Virus record (IMG/VR): IMGVR_UViG_644736364_000003
DNA: 46,137 bases
Source: a virus
Lineage: Duplodnaviria; Heunggongvirae; Uroviricota; Caudoviricetes
Strand: one strand, 5' to 3'
Shown here: positions 25,825 to 36,288 of the stretch, piece by piece
Numbering within the stretch: position 1 is the stretch's first letter
Layout: the number at the start of each line of letters is the position of its first letter
Position numbers and translations under genes: made by a program
Notes under the pieces: generated by a model
What the model was told of the DNA's origin: nothing
The model's input: the letters and a program-made list of their open reading frames with translations, nothing else
Database searches by the model: none

Positions 25825-27413
25825 AACGAACGCCTGTCCTGATTGATGTGAACGGCGTTCCGCTTCGTGAGAGTCTCAGCTACAACGGGGGCGGTGCAGG
25901 ATTTGGCGGGCAAATGGCTGAGTGGTTGCCACCGGCGCAGAGTGCCGATGCGGCCCTGCTGCCCGCGTTGCGTCTGGGGAATGCCCGGGCAGATGATCTG
26001 GTGCGCAATAACGGAATAGCGGCTAATGCGGTGGCTCTGCATAAGGATCACATTGTCGGGCATATGTTTCTGATCAGCTACCGTCCGAACTGGCGCTGGC
26101 TGGGGATGTGGGAGACCGCAGCAAAAAGCTTTGTCGATGAGGTGGAGGCGGCCTGGTCGGAATACGCCGAAGGGATGTTTGGCGAGATCGACGTGGAAGG
26201 AAAACGCACGTTCACGGAATTTATCCGTGAAGGTGTGGGCGTTCATGCGTTTAACGGCGAAATCTTTGTGCAGCCGGTCTGGGATACGGAAACCACGCAG
26301 TTATTCCGTACGCGTTTTAAAGCCGTGAGTCCGAAACGGGTGGACACGCCTGGACACGGTATGGGGAACCGTTTTCTGCGGGCCGGTGTGGAGGTCGATC
26401 GATATGGCCGTGCCGTCGCGTACCATATCTGTGAGGATGATTTTCCGTTCTCTGGTAGTGGACGATGGGAACGGATCCCGCGTGAACTTCCCACCGGGCG
26501 TCCGGCCATGCTGCATATTTTCGAGCCGGTGGAGGACGGGCAGACCCGTGGGGCTAATCAGTTTTACAGCGTCATGGAACGGCTGAAGATGCTCGATTCC
26601 CTGCAGGCAACACAGCTTCAGTCGGCCATAGTGAAGGCGATGTATGCAGCGACGATTGAAAGTGAACTTGATACCGAAAAGGCCTTTGAATATATCGCCG
26701 GCGCGCCACAGGAGCAGAAGGATAATCCGCTTATTAATATTCTGGAGAAGTTTTCCAGCTGGTATGACACGAATAACGTGACACTGGGCGGTGTCAAAAT
26801 TCCGCACCTTTTCCCTGGTGATGATCTGAAACTACAGACTGCGCAGGATTCAGACAATGGATTTTCTGCGCTTGAACAGGCGCTGCTGCGGTATATCGCC
26901 GCCGGTCTTGGCGTTTCCTACGAACAGTTGTCCCGTGATTACTCGAAGGTCAGTTATTCAAGTGCCCGCGCCTCCGCCAATGAGTCGTGGCGCTATTTTA
27001 TGGGGCGGCGAAAATTTATTGCGGCCCGGCTGGCCACGCAGATGTTTTCCTGCTGGCTGGAAGAGGCACTTCTTCGGGGGATTATTCGTCCGCCACGGGC
27101 ACGTTTTGATTTTTATCAGGCGCGATCAGCCTGGTCACGGGCAGAGTGGATTGGTGCCGGAAGAATGGCCATTGACGGGCTCAAGGAAGTCCAGGAATCA
27201 GTGATGCGCATTGAGGCCGGACTGAGCACGTATGAGAAAGAGCTGGCGCTGATGGGCGAGGATTATCAGGACATTTTCCGCCAGCAGGTCAGGGAATCTG
27301 CTGAGCGGCAAAAAGCCGGACTCTCACGTCCGGTGTGGATAGAGCAGGCGTATCAGCAGCAGATAGCGGAGAGTCGCAGGCCGGAAGAGGAGACAACACC
27401 ACGTGAGACGTAA
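25821..27413 (+). CDS. B: Portal protein (lambda gpB-like)
   Basis: Start MKRTPV overlapping W stop; ...FEPVEDGQTRGANQFYSVME...LQSAIVKAMYAATIESELDT collinear with lambda B. Confidence 0.9.
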   Translation: MKRTPVLIDVNGVPLRESLSYNGGGAGFGGQMAEWLPPAQSADAALLPALRLGNARADDLVRNNGIAANAVALHKDHIVGHMFLISYRPNWRWLGMWETAAKSFVDEVEAAWSEYAEGMFGEIDVEGKRTFTEFIREGVGVHAFNGEIFVQPVWDTETTQLFRTRFKAVSPKRVDTPGHGMGNRFLRAGVEVDRYGRAVAYHICEDDFPFSGSGRWERIPRELPTGRPAMLHIFEPVEDGQTRGANQFYSVMERLKMLDSLQATQLQSAIVKAMYAATIESELDTEKAFEYIAGAPQEQKDNPLINILEKFSSWYDTNNVTLGGVKIPHLFPGDDLKLQTAQDSDNGFSALEQALLRYIAAGLGVSYEQLSRDYSKVSYSSARASANESWRYFMGRRKFIAARLATQMFSCWLEEALLRGIIRPPRARFDFYQARSAWSRAEWIGAGRMAIDGLKEVQESVMRIEAGLSTYEKELALMGEDYQDIFRQQVRESAERQKAGLSRPVWIEQAYQQQIAESRRPEEETTPRET

Positions 27414-28908
27414 TCTTTCACACATTATTGCCGCAGCATTCAATGAACCGCTGCTTCTGGAGCCCGCCTATGCGCGGGTTTTCTTTTGCGCGCTCGGGCG
27501 CGAGATGGGGGCAGCAAGTCTTTCGGTACCACAACAGCAGGTACAGTTTGATGCTCCCGGAATGCTGGCTGAAACGGACGAGTACATGGCCGGAGGTAAA
27601 CGACCGGCCCGTGTTTACAGGGTGGTGAACGGTATTGCTGTACTGCCGGTGACCGGCACGCTGGTGCACCGGCTGGGTGGTATGCGGCCATTTTCCGGAA
27701 TGACAGGCTATGACGGCATTGTCGCCTGTCTTCAGCAGGCAATGGCGGATAGCCAGGTGCGGGGCGTACTGCTGGACATTGACAGTCCGGGCGGGCAGGC
27801 CGCCGGCGCGTTTGACTGCGCTGACATGATTTACCGCCTCCGTCAGCAGAAGCCGGTCTGGGCACTGTGCAATGACACGGCCTGTTCTGCAGCCATGCTG
27901 CTGGCGTCGGCCTGCTCCCGACGGCTGGTTACCCAGACATCCCGTATCGGTTCCATTGGCGTGATGATGAGCCATGTCAGCTATGCCGGTCATCTGGCGC
28001 AGGCCGGTGTGGATATCACGCTGATTTACTCAGGGGCGCACAAGGTGGATGGCAATCAGTTTGAAGCGTTGCCGGCAGAGGTTCGCCAGGACATGCAGCA
28101 GCGGATTGATGCGGCGCGCCGGATGTTTGCCGAAAAAGTGGCGATGTTTACCGGTCTGTCTGTTGATGCAGTCACGGGAACAGAGGCCGCTGTTTTTGAA
28201 GGTCAGTCCGGCATTGAGGCCGGGCTGGCGGATGAATTAATCAATGCGTCGGATGCCATCAGTGTGATGGCCACGGCGCTGAACAGTAATGTCAGAGGAG
28301 GCACTATGCCGCAATTAACTGCAACGGAAGCCGCCGCGCAGGAGAACCAGCGAGTGATGGGGATCCTGACATGCCAGGAAGCGAAAGGACGTGAACAGCT
28401 TGCCACGATGCTGGCAGGACAACAGGGCATGAGCGTTGAACAGGCCCGGGCGATTCTGGCCGCGGCGGCACCGCAGCAGCCGGTGGCATCCACGCAGAGT
28501 GAAGCCGATCGCATTATGGCGTGTGAAGAAGCGAACGGTCGTGAACAACTGGCGGCAACGCTGGCGGCGATGCCGGAGATGACGGTGGAAAAAGCCCGCC
28601 CGATCCTGGCTGCTTCACCGCAGGCGGATGCCGGACCATCACTCCGTGATCAGATCATGGCACTGGATGAGGCAAAAGGGGCTGAGGTGCAGGCTGAACA
28701 GCTGGCTGCCTGCCCGGGAATGACTGTGGAGAGCGCCCGGGCTGTGCTGGCTGCGGGATCAGGTAAGGCAGAACCGGTCTCTGCATCCACAACCGCCATG
28801 TTTGAACATTTCATGGCGAACCATTCACCGGCAGCGGTACAGGGTGGCGTGCCACAGACGTCAGCAGACGGTGATGCGGACGTGAAAATGCTCATGGCCA
28901 TGCCATGA
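27403..28908 (+). CDS. C: Head protease / scaffold (lambda gpC-Nu3-like; S49 ClpP-like)
   Basis: AFNEPLLLEPAYARVFFCAL...WALCNDTACSAA...IYSGAHKVDGN collinear with lambda C; C-terminal region has three tandem about 40-aa repeats. Confidence 0.9.
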   Translation: MRRNLSHIIAAAFNEPLLLEPAYARVFFCALGREMGAASLSVPQQQVQFDAPGMLAETDEYMAGGKRPARVYRVVNGIAVLPVTGTLVHRLGGMRPFSGMTGYDGIVACLQQAMADSQVRGVLLDIDSPGGQAAGAFDCADMIYRLRQQKPVWALCNDTACSAAMLLASACSRRLVTQTSRIGSIGVMMSHVSYAGHLAQAGVDITLIYSGAHKVDGNQFEALPAEVRQDMQQRIDAARRMFAEKVAMFTGLSVDAVTGTEAAVFEGQSGIEAGLADELINASDAISVMATALNSNVRGGTMPQLTATEAAAQENQRVMGILTCQEAKGREQLATMLAGQQGMSVEQARAILAAAAPQQPVASTQSEADRIMACEEANGREQLAATLAAMPEMTVEKARPILAASPQADAGPSLRDQIMALDEAKGAEVQAEQLAACPGMTVESARAVLAAGSGKAEPVSASTTAMFEHFMANHSPAAVQGGVPQTSADGDADVKMLMAMP

Positions 28909-28944
28909 AGCCAGTGCTGACCATCAATAGGAGGTTTTTACAAT

Positions 28945-29292
28945 ATGGTGACGAAAACCATCACTGAACAGCGTGCGGAAGTACGTATTTTTGCCGGTAA
29001 TGATCCGGCTCATACCGCCACAGGCAGCAGCGGGATTTCCTCGCCAACACCGGCACTGACGCCCCTGATGCTGGATGAAGCCACCGGAAAACTGGTGGTC
29101 TGGGACGGACAGAAAGCCGGTAGTGCGGTTGGCATACTGGTACTGCCGCTTGAAGGCACAGAGACGGCGCTGACGTATTACAAGTCGGGAACCTTTGCGA
29201 CGGAGGCAATCCACTGGCCTGAAAGTGTGGATGAACACAAAAAGGCCAACGCCTTTGCCGGCAGTGCCCTGAGTCACGCGGCGCTGCCGTAA
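28945..29292 (+). CDS. D: Head decoration protein (lambda gpD-like)
   Basis: NDPAHTATGSSGISSPTPALTPLMLD...YYKSGTF matches lambda D. Confidence 0.85.
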   Translation: MVTKTITEQRAEVRIFAGNDPAHTATGSSGISSPTPALTPLMLDEATGKLVVWDGQKAGSAVGILVLPLEGTETALTYYKSGTFATEAIHWPESVDEHKKANAFAGSALSHAALP

Positions 29293-29349
29293 CACGTTAT
29301 CAGGCCACCGCGGTGGCCTGACTGATTTCTGAATGAAAGGAACTGATTT

Positions 29350-30378
29350 ATGGGATTGTTTACGACCCGCCAGTTACTCGGTTATACCGAACAAAAAGTT
29401 AAATTTCGTGCGCTGTTTCTGGAGCTGTTTTTCCGCCGTACGGTGAATTTCCATACCGAAGAGGTGATGCTGGACAAAATTACCGGAAAAACGCCGGTGG
29501 CGGCCTATGTCTCCCCGGTTGTTGAAGGAAAAGTGCTGCGTCATCGTGGTGGTGAAACCCGCGTGTTGCGTCCGGGCTACGTCAAGCCGAAACACGAATT
29601 TAATTACCAGCAGGCGGTTGAGCGCCTTCCTGGTGAAGATCCATCTCAACTGAATGATCCGGCTTACCGCCGTCTGCGTATCATTACCGATAACCTCAAA
29701 CAGGAAGAGCACGCGATTGTCCAGGTGGAAGAAATGCAGGCGGTAAATGCTGTGTTGTATGGCAAATACACCATGGAAGGAGACCAGTTCGAGAAAATTG
29801 AGGTCGATTTTGGCAGGTCGACGAAGAATAACATCACTCAGGGTAGTGGTAAGGAGTGGTCAAAACAGGATCGTGACACGTTCGATCCTACACATGATAT
29901 TGACCTCTACTGCGACCAGGCCAGCGGTCTTGTGAATATTGCCATTATGGACGGTACCGTCTGGCGTCTTCTGAATGGTTTTAAGCTGTTCCGCGAAAAA
30001 CTGGATACCCGTCGCGGTTCAAATTCTCAACTCGAAACGGCAGTGAAAGATCTGGGCGCAGTGGTGTCCTTCAAGGGGTATTACGGCGATCTGGCCATTG
30101 TGGTGGCGAAAACGTCTTATATAGCAGAAGACGGTATCGAAAAACGTTATCTTCCAGATGGCATGCTGGTTCTGGGGAATACTGCTGCAGATGGGATCCG
30201 TTGTTACGGTGCCATTCAGGATGCTCAGGCGTTGTCCGAAGGTGTGGTGGCCTCTTCCCGTTATCCGAAACACTGGCTGACGGTAGGGGATCCCGCCCGT
30301 GAATTTACCATGACGCAGTCCGCGCCGCTGATGGTGTTGCCGGACCCGGATGAGTTTGTGGTGGTACAGGTGAAATAA
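29350..30378 (+). CDS. E: Major capsid protein (lambda gpE-like)
   Basis: 342 aa; ...YVKPKHEFNYQ...RRGSNSQLETAVKDLG...TGDPAREFTMTQSAPLM collinear with lambda E. Confidence 0.9.
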   Translation: MGLFTTRQLLGYTEQKVKFRALFLELFFRRTVNFHTEEVMLDKITGKTPVAAYVSPVVEGKVLRHRGGETRVLRPGYVKPKHEFNYQQAVERLPGEDPSQLNDPAYRRLRIITDNLKQEEHAIVQVEEMQAVNAVLYGKYTMEGDQFEKIEVDFGRSTKNNITQGSGKEWSKQDRDTFDPTHDIDLYCDQASGLVNIAIMDGTVWRLLNGFKLFREKLDTRRGSNSQLETAVKDLGAVVSFKGYYGDLAIVVAKTSYIAEDGIEKRYLPDGMLVLGNTAADGIRCYGAIQDAQALSEGVVASSRYPKHWLTVGDPAREFTMTQSAPLMVLPDPDEFVVVQVK

Positions 30379-30429
30379 TCCGTGAGCGGGGGCGAAATGC
30401 CCCCGTGTCTTTTTTCACAGGGGGCTGAT

Positions 30430-30804
30430 ATGGCAACGAAAGAGCAAAATCTGAAACGGCTTGATGAACTGGCCCTGATTCTGGGGCGTGAGCCGGATAT
30501 ATCCGGGAGTGCCGCAGAGATAGCGCAGCGGGTGGCAGAATGGGAAGAGGAAATGCAGTCATCCGGCGATGATGTACAGGTTATGAATATGGATATCCGG
30601 GAGCGTGAAACCGCGGCTCATGATGTTCGTGAGGAAACATCCGGCGCGTTAACGCGCATCAGAGTTCTGACCTGCCTCCATCTCTGTGGCGTTGATGGTG
30701 AAACGGGGGAATCCGTTGAGCTTGCGGATGTTGGTCGGGTGATTCTGATTATGTCCTCAGATGCAAAAACACACGTTGATGGTGGAATGGCTGTTTATGC
30801 GTGA
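30430..30804 (+). CDS. FI: DNA-packaging protein FI-like
   Basis: Start MATKEQNLKRLDEL after GGGGGC RBS; position between E and FII. Confidence 0.7.
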   Translation: MATKEQNLKRLDELALILGREPDISGSAAEIAQRVAEWEEEMQSSGDDVQVMNMDIRERETAAHDVREETSGALTRIRVLTCLHLCGVDGETGESVELADVGRVILIMSSDAKTHVDGGMAVYA

Positions 30805-31150
30805 TTTTCAGAATGCCTTTGATGCCGCCCTTGCCGGGGTGGACAGTACGATTGTTGAAGTGATGGGCATCAGTGCGCAGTTCACCTCCGGTGCACAGCG
30901 TGGCGGCGAGGTTTATGGCGTTTTTGACGATCCGGAGTCGCTGGGTTTTGCCAGTAGTGGGATCCGTATTGAAGGAAGTAACCCGTCATTATTTGTGCTT
31001 ACGGATACGGTTTGTGCTGTACGGCGTGGTGACACGCTGACCATTAACGGCGAGATGTTCTGGGTGGACCGTGTTTCTCCGGATGACGGAGGGAGTTGTT
31101 ATCTCTGGCTCAACCGGGGGCAACCACCTGCCGCCAGCCGTCGTCGCTGA
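30797..31150 (+). CDS. FII: Head completion protein FII-like
   Basis: ...GDTLTINGEMFWVDRVSPDDGGSCYLWLNRGQPPAASRRR matches lambda FII C-terminus. Confidence 0.8.
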   Translation: MRDFQNAFDAALAGVDSTIVEVMGISAQFTSGAQRGGEVYGVFDDPESLGFASSGIRIEGSNPSLFVLTDTVCAVRRGDTLTINGEMFWVDRVSPDDGGSCYLWLNRGQPPAASRRR

Positions 31151-31161
31151 AAGGGGGATGT

Positions 31162-31740
31162 ATGGCCATACAGGGTCTTGAGCAGGCCGTTGAAAACCTC
31201 AGCCGTATCAGCAAAACGGCGGTGCCCGGTGCCTCCGCAATGGCCATTAACCGCGTTGCTTCATCCGCGATATCGCAGTCTGCGTCACAGGTTGCCCGTG
31301 AGACAAAGGTACGCCGGAAACTGGTAAAGGAAAGGACCAGGCTGAAAAGGGCCACGGTCAAAAATCCGCAGGCCAGAATCAAGGTTAACCGGGGGGATTT
31401 GCCCGTAATCAGGCTGGGTAACGCGCGGGTTGTCCTGTCCCGACGCAGGCGTCGTAAAAAGGGGCAGCGTTCATCCCTGAAAGGTGGCGACAGCGTGCTT
31501 GTGGTGGGAAACCGTCGTATTCCCGGCGCGTTTATTCAGCAACTGAAAAATGGCCGCTGGCATGTCATGCAGCGTGTGGCCGGGAAAAACCGTTACCCCA
31601 TTGATGTGGTGAAAATCCCGATGGCAGTGCCGCTGACCACGGCGTTTAAACAGAATATTGAGCGGATACGGCGTGAACGTCTTCCGAAAGAGCTGGGCTA
31701 TGCGCTGCAGCATCAACTGAGAATGGTAATAAAGCGATGA
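31162..31740 (+). CDS. Z: Tail completion protein Z
   Basis: MAIQGLEQAVENLSRISKTAVPGASAMAINRVASSAISQSASQVARETKVRRKL... near-identical to lambda Z as recalled. Confidence 0.9.
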   Translation: MAIQGLEQAVENLSRISKTAVPGASAMAINRVASSAISQSASQVARETKVRRKLVKERTRLKRATVKNPQARIKVNRGDLPVIRLGNARVVLSRRRRRKKGQRSSLKGGDSVLVVGNRRIPGAFIQQLKNGRWHVMQRVAGKNRYPIDVVKIPMAVPLTTAFKQNIERIRRERLPKELGYALQHQLRMVIKR

Positions 31741-32132
31741 AACATACTGAACTCCGAGCAGCCGTACTGGATGCACTGGAGAAGCATGACACCGGGGCGA
31801 CGCTTTTTGATGGTCGCCCCGCTGTTTTTGATGAGGAAGATTTTCCGGCAATTGCCGTTTATCTCACCAGCGCTGAATACACGGGCGAAGAGCTGGACAG
31901 CGATACCTGGCAGGCGGAGCTGCATATTGAAGTTTTCCTGCCTGCTCAGGTGCCGGATTCAGAGCTGGATTCGTGGATGGAGTCCCGGATTTATCCGGTG
32001 ATGAGCGATATCCCGGCACTGTCAGATTTGATCACCAGTATGGTGGCCAGTGGCTATGACTACCGACGCGACGATGATGCGGGCCTGTGGAGTTCAGCCG
32101 ATCTGACTTATGTCATTACCTATGAAATGTGA
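31737..32132 (+). CDS. U: Tail terminator protein U
   Basis: [38 protein letters not shown]... near-identical to lambda U. Confidence 0.9.
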   Translation: MKHTELRAAVLDALEKHDTGATLFDGRPAVFDEEDFPAIAVYLTSAEYTGEELDSDTWQAELHIEVFLPAQVPDSELDSWMESRIYPVMSDIPALSDLITSMVASGYDYRRDDDAGLWSSADLTYVITYEM

Positions 32133-32139
32133 GGACGCT

Positions 32140-32880
32140 ATGCCTGTACCAAATCCTACAATGCCGGTGAAAGGTGCCGGGACCACACTGTGGGTTTATA
32201 AGGGGAACGGTGACCCTTATGCGAACCCGCTTTCAGACGTTGACTGGTCGCGTCTGGCAAAAGTTAAAGACCTGACGCCCGGCGAACTGACCGCTGAGTC
32301 CTATGACGACAGCTATCTCGATGATGAAGATGCGGACTGGACTGCGACCGGGCAGGGGCAGAAATCAGCCGGAGATACCAGCTTCACGCTGGCGTGGATG
32401 CCCGGAGAGCAGGGGCAGCAGGCGCTGCTGGCGTGGTTTAATGAAGGTGATACCCGTGCCTATAAAATCCGCTTCCCGAACGGCACGGTCGATGTGTTCC
32501 GTGGCTGGGTCAGCAGTATCGGTAAAGCGGTGACGGCGAAGGAAGTGATCACCCGCACGGTGAAGGTCACCAATGTGGGACGCCCGTCGATGGCTGAAGA
32601 TCGCAGTACGGTGACGGCAGCAACCGGCATGACGGTAACGCCAGCCAGTGCTTCCGTAGTGAAAGGGCAGAGCACCACGCTGACCGTGGCATTCCAGCCG
32701 GAAGGTGTAACCGACAAGAGCTTCCGTGCGGTGTCTGCGGATAAAACAAAAGCCACCGTGTCGGTCAGTGGTATGACCATCACCGTGAACGGCGTTGCTG
32801 CAGGCAAGGTCAACATTCCGGTTGTATCCGGTAATGGTGAGTTTGCTGCGGTTGCAGAAATCACCGTCACCGCCAGTTAA
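32140..32880 (+). CDS. V: Major tail tube protein V
   Basis: [67 protein letters not shown]... near-identical to lambda V. Confidence 0.9.
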   Translation: MPVPNPTMPVKGAGTTLWVYKGNGDPYANPLSDVDWSRLAKVKDLTPGELTAESYDDSYLDDEDADWTATGQGQKSAGDTSFTLAWMPGEQGQQALLAWFNEGDTRAYKIRFPNGTVDVFRGWVSSIGKAVTAKEVITRTVKVTNVGRPSMAEDRSTVTAATGMTVTPASASVVKGQSTTLTVAFQPEGVTDKSFRAVSADKTKATVSVSGMTITVNGVAAGKVNIPVVSGNGEFAAVAEITVTAS

Positions 32881-32895
32881 TCCGGAGAGTCAGCG

Positions 32896-33318
32896 ATGTT
32901 CCTGAAAACAGAATCATTTGAACATAACGGCGTGACCGTCACGCTTTCTGAACTGTCAGCCCTGCAGCGTATTGAGCATCTCGCCCTGATGAAACGGCAG
33001 GCAGAACAGGCGGAGTCAGACAGCAACCGGAAGTTTACTGTGGAAGACGCCATCAGAACCGGTGCTTTTGTGGTGGCGATGTCCCTGTGGCATAACCATC
33101 CGCAGAAGACAAAGCTGCCTTCCATGAATGAAGCCGTTAAACAGATTGAGCAGGAAGTGCTTACCACCTGGCCTACAGAGGCAATTTCTCATGCTGAAAA
33201 CGTGGTGTACCGGCTGTCCGGTATGTATGAGTTTGTGGTGAATGATGCCCCTGAACAGGCAGAGGACGCCGGGTCTGCAGAGCCTGTTTCTGCGGGAAAG
33301 TGTTCGACGGTGAGCTGA
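32896..33318 (+). CDS. G: Tail assembly chaperone G
   Basis: MFLKTESFEHNGVTVTLSELSALQRIEHLALMKRQAEQAESDSNRKFTVEDAIRTGAF... matches lambda G. Confidence 0.9.
   Translation: MFLKTESFEHNGVTVTLSELSALQRIEHLALMKRQAEQAESDSNRKFTVEDAIRTGAFVVAMSLWHNHPQKTKLPSMNEAVKQIEQEVLTTWPTEAISHAENVVYRLSGMYEFVVNDAPEQAEDAGSAEPVSAGKCSTVS
33295..33301 (+). promoter_or_regulatory. Programmed -1 ribosomal frameshift slippery heptamer GGGAAAG (G to G-T fusion)
   Basis: GGGAAAG sits at the 3' end of G exactly where the -1 frame T ORF begins, as in lambda. Confidence 0.6.
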
Positions 33319-33734
33319 GTTTTGCCCTGAAACTGGCGCGTGAGATGGGGCGACCTGACTGGCGCGCCATGCTTGCCGGGATGTCATCCACAGAGTATGC
33401 CGACTGGCACCGCTTTTACAGTACCCATTATTTTCATGATGTTCTGCTGGATATGCACTTTTCCGGGCTGACGTACACCGTGCTCAGCCTGTTTTTCAGC
33501 GATCCGGATATGCATCCGCTGGATTTCAGTCTGCTGAACCGGCGTGAGGCTGACGAAGAGCCTGAAGATGATGTGCTGATGCAGAAAGCGGCAGGGCTTG
33601 CCGGAGGCGTCCGCTTTGCCCCGGACGGAAATGAAGTTATCCCCGCTTCCCCGGATATGGCGGGCATGACGGAGGATGACGTAATGCTGATGACAGTATC
33701 AGAAGGGATCGCAGGAGGAGTCCGGTATGGCTGA
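33300..33734 (+). CDS. T: Tail assembly protein T (translated as G-T fusion by -1 frameshift)
   Basis: ORF in -1 frame relative to G overlapping its 3' end; no independent RBS; same layout as lambda. Confidence 0.8.
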   Translation: MFDGELSFALKLAREMGRPDWRAMLAGMSSTEYADWHRFYSTHYFHDVLLDMHFSGLTYTVLSLFFSDPDMHPLDFSLLNRREADEEPEDDVLMQKAAGLAGGVRFAPDGNEVIPASPDMAGMTEDDVMLMTVSEGIAGGVRYG

Positions 33735-36288
33735 ACCGGTAGGCGATCTGGTCGTTGATTTAAGTCTGGATGCGGCCAGATTTGACGAGCAGATGGCCAG
33801 AGTCAGGCGTCATTTTTCCGGTACGGAAAGTGATGCGAAAAAAACAGCGGCAGTCGTTGAACAGTCGCTGAGCCGACAGGCGCTGGCTGCACAGAAAGCG
33901 GGGATTTCCGTCGGGCAGTATAAAGCCGCCATGCGTATGCTGCCTGCACAGTTCACCGACGTGGCCACGCAGCTTGCAGGCGGGCAAAGTCCGTGGCTGA
34001 TCCTGCTGCAACAGGGGGGGCAGGTGAAGGACTCCTTCGGCGGGATGATCCCCATGTTCAGGGGGCTTGCCGGTGCGATCACCCTGCCGATGGTGGGGGC
34101 CACCTCGCTGGCGGTGGCGACCGGTGCGCTGGCGTATGCCTGGTATCAGGGCAACTCAACCCTGTCCGATTTCAACAAAACGCTGGTCCTTTCCGGCAAT
34201 CAGGCGGGACTGACGGCAGATCGTATGCTGGTCCTGTCCAGAGCCGGGCAGGCGGCAGGGCTGATGTTTAACCAGACCAGCGAGTCACTCAGCGCACTGG
34301 TTAAGGCGGGGGTAAGCGGTGAGGCTCAGATTGCGTCCATCAGCCAGAGTGTGGCGCGTTTCTCCTCTGCATCCGGCGTGGAGGTGGACAAGGTCGCTGA
34401 AGCCTTCGGGAAGCTGACCACAGACCCGACGTCGGGGCTGACGGCGATGGCACGCCAGTTCCATAACGTGACGGCGGAGCAGATTGCGTATGTTGCTCAG
34501 TTGCAGCGTTCCGGCGATGAAACCGGGGCATTGCAGGCGGCGAACGAGGCCGCAACGAAAGGGTTTGATGACCAGACCCGCCGCCTGAAAGAGAACATGG
34601 GCACGCTGGAGACCTGGGCAGACAGGACAGCGCGGGCATTCAAATCCATGTGGGATGCGGTGCTGGATATTGGTCGTCCTGATACCGCGCAGGAGATGCT
34701 GATTAAGGCAGAGGCTGCGTTTAAGAAAGCAGACGACATCTGGAATCTGCGCAAGGATGATTATTTTGTTAACGATGAAGCGCGGGCGCGTTACTGGGAT
34801 GATCGTGAAAAGGCCCGTCTTGCGCTTGAAGCCGCCCGAAAGAAGGCTGAGCAGCAGACTCAACAGGACAAAAATGCGCAGCAGCAGAGCGATACCGAAG
34901 CGTCACGGCTGAAATATACCGAAGAGGCGCAGAAGGCTTACGAACGGCTGCAGACGCCGCTGGAGAAATATACCGCCCGTCAGGAAGAACTGAACAAGGC
35001 ACTGAAAGACGGGAAAATCCTGCAGGCGGATTACAACACGCTGATGGCGGCGGCGAAAAAGGATTATGAAGCGACGCTGAAAAAGCCGAAACAGTCCGGC
35101 GTGAAGGTGTCTGCGGGCGATCGTCAGGAAGACAGTGCTCATGCTGCCCTGCTGACGCTTCAGGCAGAACTCCGGACGCTGGAGAAGCATGCCGGAGCGA
35201 ATGAGAAAATCAGCCAGCAGCGCCGGGATTTGTGGAAGGCGGAGAGTCAGTTCGCGGTACTGGAGGAGGCGGCGCAACGTCGCCAGCTGTCTGCACAGGA
35301 GAAATCCCTGCTGGCGCATAAAGATGAGACGCTGGAGTACAAACGCCAGCTGGCTGCACTTGGCGACAAGGTTACGTATCAGGAGCGCCTGAACGCGCTG
35401 GCGCAGCAGGCGGATAAATTCGCACAGCAGCAACGGGCAAAACGGGCCGCCATTGATGCGAAAAGCCGGGGGCTGACTGACCGGCAGGCAGAACGGGAAG
35501 CCACGGAACAGCGCCTGAAGGAACAGTATGGCGATAATCCGCTGGCGCTGAATAACGTCATGTCAGAGCAGAAAAAGACCTGGGCGGCTGAAGACCTGCT
35601 TCGCGGGAACTGGATGGCAGGCCTCAGGTCCGGCTGGAGTGAGTGGGAAGAGAGTGCCACGGACAGTATGTCGCAGGTAAAAAGTGCTGCCACGCAGACC
35701 TTTGATGGTATTGCACAGAATATGGCGGCGATGCTGACCGGCAGTGAGCAGAACTGGCGCAGCTTCACCCGCTCCGTGCTGTCCATGATGACAGAAATTC
35801 TGCTTAAGCAGGCAATGGTGGGGATTGTCGGGAGTATCGGCAGCGCTATTGGCGGGGCTGTTGGTGGCGGCGCATCCGCGTCAGGCGGTACAGCCATTCA
35901 GGCAGCTGCGGCGAAATTCCATTTTGCGACCGGAGGATTTACGGGAACCGGCGGCAAATATGAACCTGCGGGGATTGTTCATCGCGGGGAGTTTGTCTTC
36001 ACGAAGGAGGCGACCAGCCGGATTGGTGTCGGCAATCTGTACCGCCTGATGCGGGGCTATGCGGAAGGTGGTTATGTCGGCGGTGCCGGAAGTCCGGCGC
36101 AGATGCGGCGGGCGGAAGGCATTAATTTTAATCAGAACAATCACGTGGTGATTCAGAACGACGGCCCCAACGGGCGGGCAGGGCCGCAGCTGATGAAAGC
36201 GGTGTATGAGATGGCCCGCAAGGGGGCACAGGATGAACTCCGGCTGCAGTTGCGTGATGGCGGTATGTTATCAGGGAGCGGTGGATGA
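33727..36288 (+). CDS. H: Tail tape measure protein H
   Basis: 853 aa (same length as lambda H); coiled-coil-rich middle, Gly-rich C-terminus; position after G/T. Confidence 0.9.
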   Translation: MAEPVGDLVVDLSLDAARFDEQMARVRRHFSGTESDAKKTAAVVEQSLSRQALAAQKAGISVGQYKAAMRMLPAQFTDVATQLAGGQSPWLILLQQGGQVKDSFGGMIPMFRGLAGAITLPMVGATSLAVATGALAYAWYQGNSTLSDFNKTLVLSGNQAGLTADRMLVLSRAGQAAGLMFNQTSESLSALVKAGVSGEAQIASISQSVARFSSASGVEVDKVAEAFGKLTTDPTSGLTAMARQFHNVTAEQIAYVAQLQRSGDETGALQAANEAATKGFDDQTRRLKENMGTLETWADRTARAFKSMWDAVLDIGRPDTAQEMLIKAEAAFKKADDIWNLRKDDYFVNDEARARYWDDREKARLALEAARKKAEQQTQQDKNAQQQSDTEASRLKYTEEAQKAYERLQTPLEKYTARQEELNKALKDGKILQADYNTLMAAAKKDYEATLKKPKQSGVKVSAGDRQEDSAHAALLTLQAELRTLEKHAGANEKISQQRRDLWKAESQFAVLEEAAQRRQLSAQEKSLLAHKDETLEYKRQLAALGDKVTYQERLNALAQQADKFAQQQRAKRAAIDAKSRGLTDRQAEREATEQRLKEQYGDNPLALNNVMSEQKKTWAAEDLLRGNWMAGLRSGWSEWEESATDSMSQVKSAATQTFDGIAQNMAAMLTGSEQNWRSFTRSVLSMMTEILLKQAMVGIVGSIGSAIGGAVGGGASASGGTAIQAAAAKFHFATGGFTGTGGKYEPAGIVHRGEFVFTKEATSRIGVGNLYRLMRGYAEGGYVGGAGSPAQMRRAEGINFNQNNHVVIQNDGPNGRAGPQLMKAVYEMARKGAQDELRLQLRDGGMLSGSGG

